From positions 110,277-174,276 of the forward strand of contig CAVQUB010000004.1 in the NCBI GenBank assembly GCA_963716725.1: DNA of 64,000 nucleotides, read 5' to 3'. The notes below the pieces were generated by a model, which was given only the letters and a program-made list of their open reading frames with translations, did no database searches and had not been told where the DNA came from. How positions within the stretch are numbered: position 1 is the first letter of the stretch; every line of letters begins with the position of its first letter. Both the position numbers and the translations under genes were made by a program. Shown here piece by piece: positions 57,814 through 64,000 of this stretch. The stretch is from an uncultured delta proteobacterium (lineage in GTDB: Bacteria > Myxococcota_A > Polyangia > Polyangiales > Polyangiaceae).

Positions 57814-59368
57814 ATGCGGAGCTTGATCGTCACTGCGTTGGGCGGAGCTGTGGTCGTGGCCGCCGTGGTCACCGGTTGTGGATCGAGCTCGTGCGAGGAC
57901 ACGGACTCCTGCGGGGCGTACACCGGTGGCACGGGCAACACCGGCGGCAGCGGCGGCAGCGGCGGCGTGAGCGGCAGCGGCGGCGCATCGGGCAGCGGCG
58001 GCACGGGCGGCGCATCGGGCAGCGGCGGCGCATCGGGCAGCGGCGGAGCGGGCGGCACGGGCGGGGACGCGGCGAGCTGCGATCCAACGAAGAGCCCGAG
58101 CGAGGAGGCGTGTCTGGTGAGCGACTCGTACGCGGTGTTCGTTGACGGGACCGCGGCCACGACGGGCACGGGCAGCAAGGCGTCGCCGTACAAGACGATC
58201 GGGGAGGCGCTGCTGCAGAAGAGCGGCAAGCTGATCTTGGTGTGCAACGCGACCTACGACGAGCAGGTCAAGATCACCGCGGGCGTGAAGGTGCACGGCG
58301 GGCTGTCGTGCGCGGACTGGTCGTACGAGGCGGGCAAGCGGGCGGTGGTGAAGCGCACGGCGAAGGGCAGCGCGCTCGAGGTGGAGTCGGTCACCGCGGC
58401 GGTGCTGATCGAGGACATCGAGTTTGCGTCAGCGGACGGCGCGGCGGCGGGTGAGAGCAGCGTGGCAGCGATCGTGAACGCTTCCAGCGACGTGAAGCTG
58501 CGGCGGGTGAAGCTCGCGGCGGGCAAGGGCGTGGCGGGAGCGAACGGCGCGCTGGCGCCGTACACGTATCCCACGCAGGTGGCGTTGAACGGCAATGGAG
58601 CGAGTGGGGGCAGCGGGGGTGCGCCCAAGGCGTGCGCGTGCCCGAGCGGTGCGGGCAGCACGGGTGGGATCGGGGGAGGCGCGCCTGGCCCGCAGGGCGG
58701 CGGCCCCGGGCAGCCCGCGCTCGGCGGGGGCGCAGGGGGAACCCCGGGGAGTCTGCAGCGTCGGCCTCGGCAAGGACGGCGCATCCGCCTCCTCCCCCAC
58801 CGACGGCCTAGGCGCCGCGTCGACGGGCACCCTCACCGCCACCACGTGGCAGCCCGCCTCCGGCAAGGCCGGCGCCGCGGGCGGCCCGGGACAAGGTGGC
58901 GGCGGAGGAGCGTCGACGACGACGGCGGGCGGCGGCGGCGGCGGCTGCGGCGGCTGCGGCGGAGCGGCGGGTCCCGCGGGCGGCGGCGGGGGCGCGAGCC
59001 TCGCGCTCGTCGCGGTGGGCTCGACGGTGAGCATCGAAGGCAAGAGCGAGCTGACGACGAGCGACGCGGGCAACGGAGGCAGCGGCGTCGCGGGACAGGC
59101 GGGGCAGAGCGAGGTGGGGTTCGGGGGGCCATGGCGCTGGGCGCGTGCTCCGGGTGGCAATGGCGGTAACGGCAGCGCTGGCAGCGCTGGTGGCGGCGGC
59201 GCGGGCGGGGTGAGCGTTGCGGTGTTGTGGAAGGGCGCGGCGGCGCCAGTCGTCGACAGCGCGGCGACCGTCAAGCTGGGCAAGCTGGGCACCAAGGGCG
59301 TGGGCGGCAAGGCCGGCAGCAACGACGGCGTGGACGGCGCGTCCGACAAGACCCTCGAGGTGAAGTAG
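57814..59368 (+). CDS. Glycine-rich PGRS-like lipoprotein, copy 1 (frameshift near 58750)
   Basis: VTGC lipobox; GSKASPYKTIGEAL (DUF1565-like); GGGGGCGGCGG. Confidence 0.85.
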
Positions 59369-59370
59369 CG

Positions 59371-61061
59371 ATGCGAGGGCGTGGTGAAGTGACGGTGCAG
59401 GCCCCTCCCGTGGCCGCCGCGAGCGCGACGCGCGTCGCGATGCACGCAGGGGCAGAGCGCGAGCGCGACGCGCTTCGCGATGCCCGAAGGGGCGGACACC
59501 GGGGAGGGGCAGCGCGCAGAGCCGCCTGCAAGGCGGCGAGCACGCTGGGGGTGGGCATCATCGCCTGCTGCTTCGTTGCGTGCTCGGGCGATGACTTCGA
59601 GCCCTCGGGCACCGGTGGCACGGGCAACACCGGCGGCAGCGGCGGCAGCGGTGGCGTGAGCGGCAGCGGCGGCGCATCGGGCAGCGGTGGCACGTCGGGC
59701 AGCGGCGGCGCGTCGGGCAGCGGTGGCGCGTCGGGCGGCGGCGGCACGGGCGGAGACGCGGCGAGCTGCGATCCGACGAAGAGCCCGAGCGAGGAGGCGT
59801 GTCTGGTGAGCGACTCGTACGCGGTGTTCGTTGACGGGACCGCGGCCACGACGGGCACGGGCAGCAAGGCGTCGCCGTACAAGACGATCGGGGAGGCGCT
59901 GCTGCAGAAGAGCGGCAAGCTGATCTTGGTGTGCAACGCGACCTACGACGAGCAGGTCAAGATCACCGCGGGCGTGAAGGTGCACGGCGGGCTGTCGTGC
60001 GCGGACTGGTCGTACGAGGCGGGCAAGCGGGCGGTGGTGAAGCGCACGGCGAAGGGCAGCGCGCTCGAGGTGGAGTCGGTCACCGCGGCGGTGCTGATCG
60101 AGGACATCGAGTTTGCGTCAGCGGACGGCGCGGCGGCGGGTGAGAGCAGCGTGGCAGCGATCGTGAACGCTTCCAGCGACGTGAAGCTGCGGCGGGTGAA
60201 GCTCGCGGCGGGCAAGGGCGTGGCGGGAGCGAACGGCGCGCTGGCGCCGTACACGTATCCCACGCAGGTGGCGTTGAACGGCAATGGAGCGAGTGGGGGC
60301 AGCGGGGGTGCGCCCAAGGCGTGCGCGTGCCCGAGCGGTGCGGGCAGCACGGGTGGGATCGGGGGAGGCGCGCCTGGCCCGCAGGGCGGCGGCCCCGGGC
60401 AGCCCGCGCTCGGCGGGGGCGCAGGGGGCATTGCAGGGCAGGTGTGCGCGGGCGTGGGCTCGGGAGCAAACGGCGCATCGGCCTCCTCCCCCACCGACGG
60501 CCTCGGCGCCGCGTCGACGGGCACCCTCACCGCCACCACGTGGCAGCCCGCCTCCGGCAAGGCCGGAGCCGCGGGCGGACCGGGACAAGGTGGCGGCGGA
60601 GGAGCGTCGACGACGACGGCGGGCGGCGGCGGCGGGGGCTGCGGCGGCTGCGGCGGAGCGGCGGGTCCCGCGGGCGGCGGCGGGGGCGCGAGCCTCGCGC
60701 TCGTCGCGGTGGGCTCGACGGTGAGCATCGAAGGCAAGAGCGAGCTGACGACGAGCGACGCGGGCAACGGAGGCAGCGGCGTCGCGGGACAGGCGGGGCA
60801 GAGCGAGGTGGGGTTCGGGGGAAACCCGCGCCGGGCGCGTGCCCGGGCGGCAGTGGCGGTAACGGCAGCGCTGGCAGCGCTGGTGGCGGCGGCGCGGGCG
60901 GGGTGAGCGTTGCGGTGTTGTGGAAGGGCGCGGCGGCGCCAGTCGTCGACAGCGCGGCGACCGTCAAGCTGGGCAAGCTGGGCACCAAGGGCGTGGGCGG
61001 CAAGGCCGGCAGCAACGACGGCGTGGACGGCGCGTCCGACAAGACCCTCGAGGTGAAGTAG
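59371..61061 (+). CDS. PGRS-like lipoprotein, copy 2 (frameshift near 60830)
   Basis: Near-identical to copy 1 downstream of a different leader ending FVAC. Confidence 0.85.
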
Positions 61062-61063
61062 CG

Positions 61064-62757
61064 ATGCGAGGGCGTGGTGAAGTGACGGTGCAGGCCCCTC
61101 CCGTGGCCGCCGCGAGCGCGACGCGCGTCGCGATGCACGCAGGGGCAGAGCGCGAGCGCGACGCGCTTCGCGATGCCCGAAGGGGCGGACACCGGGGAGG
61201 GGCAGCGCGCAGAGCCGCCTGCAAGGCGGCGAGCACGCTGGGGGTGGGCATCATCGCCTGCTGCTTCGTTGCGTGCTCGGGCGATGACTTCGAGCCCTCG
61301 TACACCGGTGGCACGGGCAACACCGGCGGCAGCGGCGGCAGCGGTGGCGTGAGCGGCAGCGGCGGCGCATCGGGCAGCGGTGGCACGTCGGGCAGCGGCG
61401 GCGCGTCGGGCAGCGGTGGCGCGTCGGGCGGCGGCGGCACGGGCGGAGACGCGGCGAGCTGCAATCCAACGAAGAGCCCGAGCGAGGAGGCGTGTCTGGT
61501 GAGCGACTCGTACGCGGTGTTCGTTGACGGGACCGCGGCCACGACGGGCACGGGCAGCAAGGCGTCGCCGTACAAGACGATCGGGGAGGCGCTGCTGCAG
61601 AAGAGCGGCAAGCTGATCTTGGTGTGCAACGCGACCTACGACGAGCAGGTCAAGATCACCGCGGGCGTGAAGGTGCACGGCGGGCGGTCGTGCGCGGACT
61701 GGTCGTACGAGGCGGGCAAGCGGGCGGTGGTGAAGCGCACGGCGAAGGGCAGCGCGCTCGAGGTGGAGTCGGTCACCGCGGCGGTGCTGATCGAGGACAT
61801 CGAGTTTGCGTCAGCGGACGGCGCGGCGGCGGGTGAGAGCAGCGTGGCAGCGATCGTGAACGCTTCCAGCGACGTGAAGCTGCGGCGGGTGAAGCTCGCG
61901 GCGGGCAAGGGCGTGGCGGGAGCGAACGGCGCGCTGGCGCCGTACACGTATCCCACGCAGGTGGCGTTGAACGGCAATGGAGCGAGTGGGGGCAGCGGGG
62001 GTGCGCACCAAGGCGTGCGCGTGCCCGAGCGGGGCGGGCAGCACGGGTGGCGTGGGAGGAAGCGCGGCCGAACCAAGGGCGGCGGCTCCGGCCTGCCCGC
62101 GCTCGGCGGAGGCGCGGGGGGCCTGGCAGGGCAGGACTGCGGCTCGGGCGGCACGGGAGCGAACGGCGCCTCCGCCTCCTCCCTCGCCGACGGCCTCGGC
62201 GCGGCGTCGACCGGCACCCTCGCCGCGACCACGTGGCAGCCCGCCTCCGGCAAGGCCGGCGCCGCGGGCGGCCCGGGACAAGGTGGCGGCGGAGGAGCGT
62301 CGACGACGACGGCGGGCGGCGGCGGCGGGGGCTGCGGCGGCTGCGGCGGAGCGGCGGGTCCCGCGGGCGGCGGCGGGGGCGCGAGCCTCGCGCTCGTCGC
62401 GGTGGGCTCGACGGTGAGCATCGAAGGCAAGAGCGAGCTGACGACGAGCGACGCGGGCAACGGAGGCAGCGGCGTCGCGGGACAGGCGGGGCAGAGCGAG
62501 GTGGGGTTCGGGGGGCTTCAAGCGCGCCGGGCGCGTGCTCCGGTGGCAATGGCGGTAACGGCAGCGCTGGCAGCGCTGGTGGCGGGGGCGCGGGCGGGGT
62601 GAGCGTCGCGGTGGTGTGGAAGGGCGCGGCGGCGCCAGTCGTCGACAGCGCGGCGACCGTCACGCTCGGCAAGCTGGGCACCAAGGGCGTGGGCGGCAAG
62701 GCCGGCAGCAACGACGGCGTGGGCGGCGCGTCCGACAAGACGCTCGAGGTGAAGTAG
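61064..62757 (+). CDS. PGRS-like lipoprotein, copy 3 (indels near 62008, 62070 and 62525)
   Basis: Tandem copy; period 1693-1696 bp. Confidence 0.85.
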
Positions 62758-62759
62758 CG

Positions 62760-64000
62760 ATGCGAGGGCGTGGTGAAGTGACGGTGCAGGCCCCTCCCGT
62801 GGCCGCCGCGAGCGCGACGCGCGTCGCGATGCACGCAGGGGCAGAGCGCGAGCGCGACGCGCTTCGCGATGCCCGAAGGGGCGGACACCGGGGAGGGGCA
62901 GCGCGCAGAGCCGCCTGCAAGGCGGCGAGCACGCTGGGGGTGGGCATCATCGCCTGCTGCTTCGTTGCGTGCTCGGGCGATGGCTCGAGCCCTCGGGCAC
63001 CGGTGGCACGGGCAACACCGGCGGCAGCGGCGGCAGCGGTGGCGTGAGCGGCAGCGGCGGCGCATCGGGCAGCGGTGGCACGTCGGGCAGCGGCGGCGCG
63101 TCGGGCAGCGGTGGCGCGTCGGGCGGCGGCGGCACGGGCGGAGACGCGGCGAGCTGCAATCCGACGAAGAGCCCGAGCGAGGAGGCGTGTCTGGTGAGCG
63201 ACTCGTACGCGGTGTTCGTTGACGGGACCGCGGCCACGACGGGCACGGGCAGCAAGGCGTCGCCGTACAAGACGATCGGGGAGGCGCTGCTGCAGAAGAG
63301 CGGCAAGCTGATCTTGGTGTGCAACGCGACCTACGACGAGCAGGTCAGATCACCGCGGGCGTGAAGGTGCACGGCGGGCGGTCGTGCGCGGACTGGTCGT
63401 ACGAGGCGGGCAAGCGGGCGGTGGTGAAGCGCACGGCGAAGGGCAGCGCGCTCGAGGTGGAGTCGGTCACCGCGGCGGTGCTGATCGAGGACATCGAGTT
63501 TGCGTCAGCGGACGGCGCGGCGGCGGGTGAGAGCAGCGTGGCAGCGATCGTGGACGCCCCAGCGACGTGAAGCTGCGGCGGGTGAGGCTCGCGGCGGGCA
63601 AGGGCGTGGCGGGAGCGAACGGCGCGCTGGCGCCGTACACGTATCCCACGCAGGTGGCGTTGAACGGCAATGGAGCGAGTGGGGGCAGCGGGGGTGCGCC
63701 CAAGGCGTGCGCGTGCCCGAGCGGTGCGGGCAGCACGGGTGGGGAATAGGGGGAGGCGCGCCTGGCCCGCAGGGCGGCGGCCCCGGGCAGCCCGCGCTCG
63801 GCGGGGGCGCAGGGGGCATTGCAGGGCAGGTGTGCGCGGGCGTGGGCTCGCGGAGCAAACGGCGCATCGGCCTCCTCCCCCACCGACGGCCTCGGCGCCG
63901 CGTCGACGGGCACCCTCACCGCCACCACGTGGCAGCCCGCCCTCCGGCAAGGCCGGAGCCGCGGGCGGACCGGGACAAGGTGGCGGCGGAGGAGCGTCGA
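62760..64000 (+). CDS. PGRS-like lipoprotein, copy 4 (partial, several indels)
   Basis: Tandem copy running off the window end. Confidence 0.8.

Noticed and set aside
57814..64000. Diversity-generating retroelement
   Set aside because: No reverse transcriptase in the window; differences include indels and are not adenine-specific

Overview
GC-rich bacterial chromosome segment; the Ser/Thr kinases, vWA, PEGA and PGRS-like lipoproteins point to Myxococcota, probably Polyangiales (inference). The housekeeping core (about 4-46 kb) carries map, rpsP-khpA-rimM-trmD, rpmB, xerD, trpGDC, truB, gatCA, rpsB-tsf and rfbB. Two mobile-DNA hotspots (0-4 kb and 46-51.5 kb) each centre on a paralogous gene with a DUF222-like N-terminus, an RHH-like segment, an HNH nuclease domain and a RuvA-C-terminal-like domain. 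The window ends in a kinase-kinase-TM-PEGA module followed by at least 4 tandem ~1.69 kb copies of a glycine-rich lipoprotein gene with localized hypervariable windows. The most unusual signal is a family of 27-bp hairpin micro-elements. E1 (GACGACCCTTGGAAGTCCCTGGCGAGG) forms a 9-copy array with a covarying 54-bp structured tail; E2 is ACGCGCTTCGTGACACCCGAAGGGGTG. They occur as in-frame inserts in unrelated genes, nest inside each other, are the insertion sites of both IS4-family elements, and cluster around the HNH cassettes, which also share an inverted-repeat-like end motif. Scattered single-base frameshifts in conserved genes suggest long-read indel errors, so pseudogene calls are tentative.
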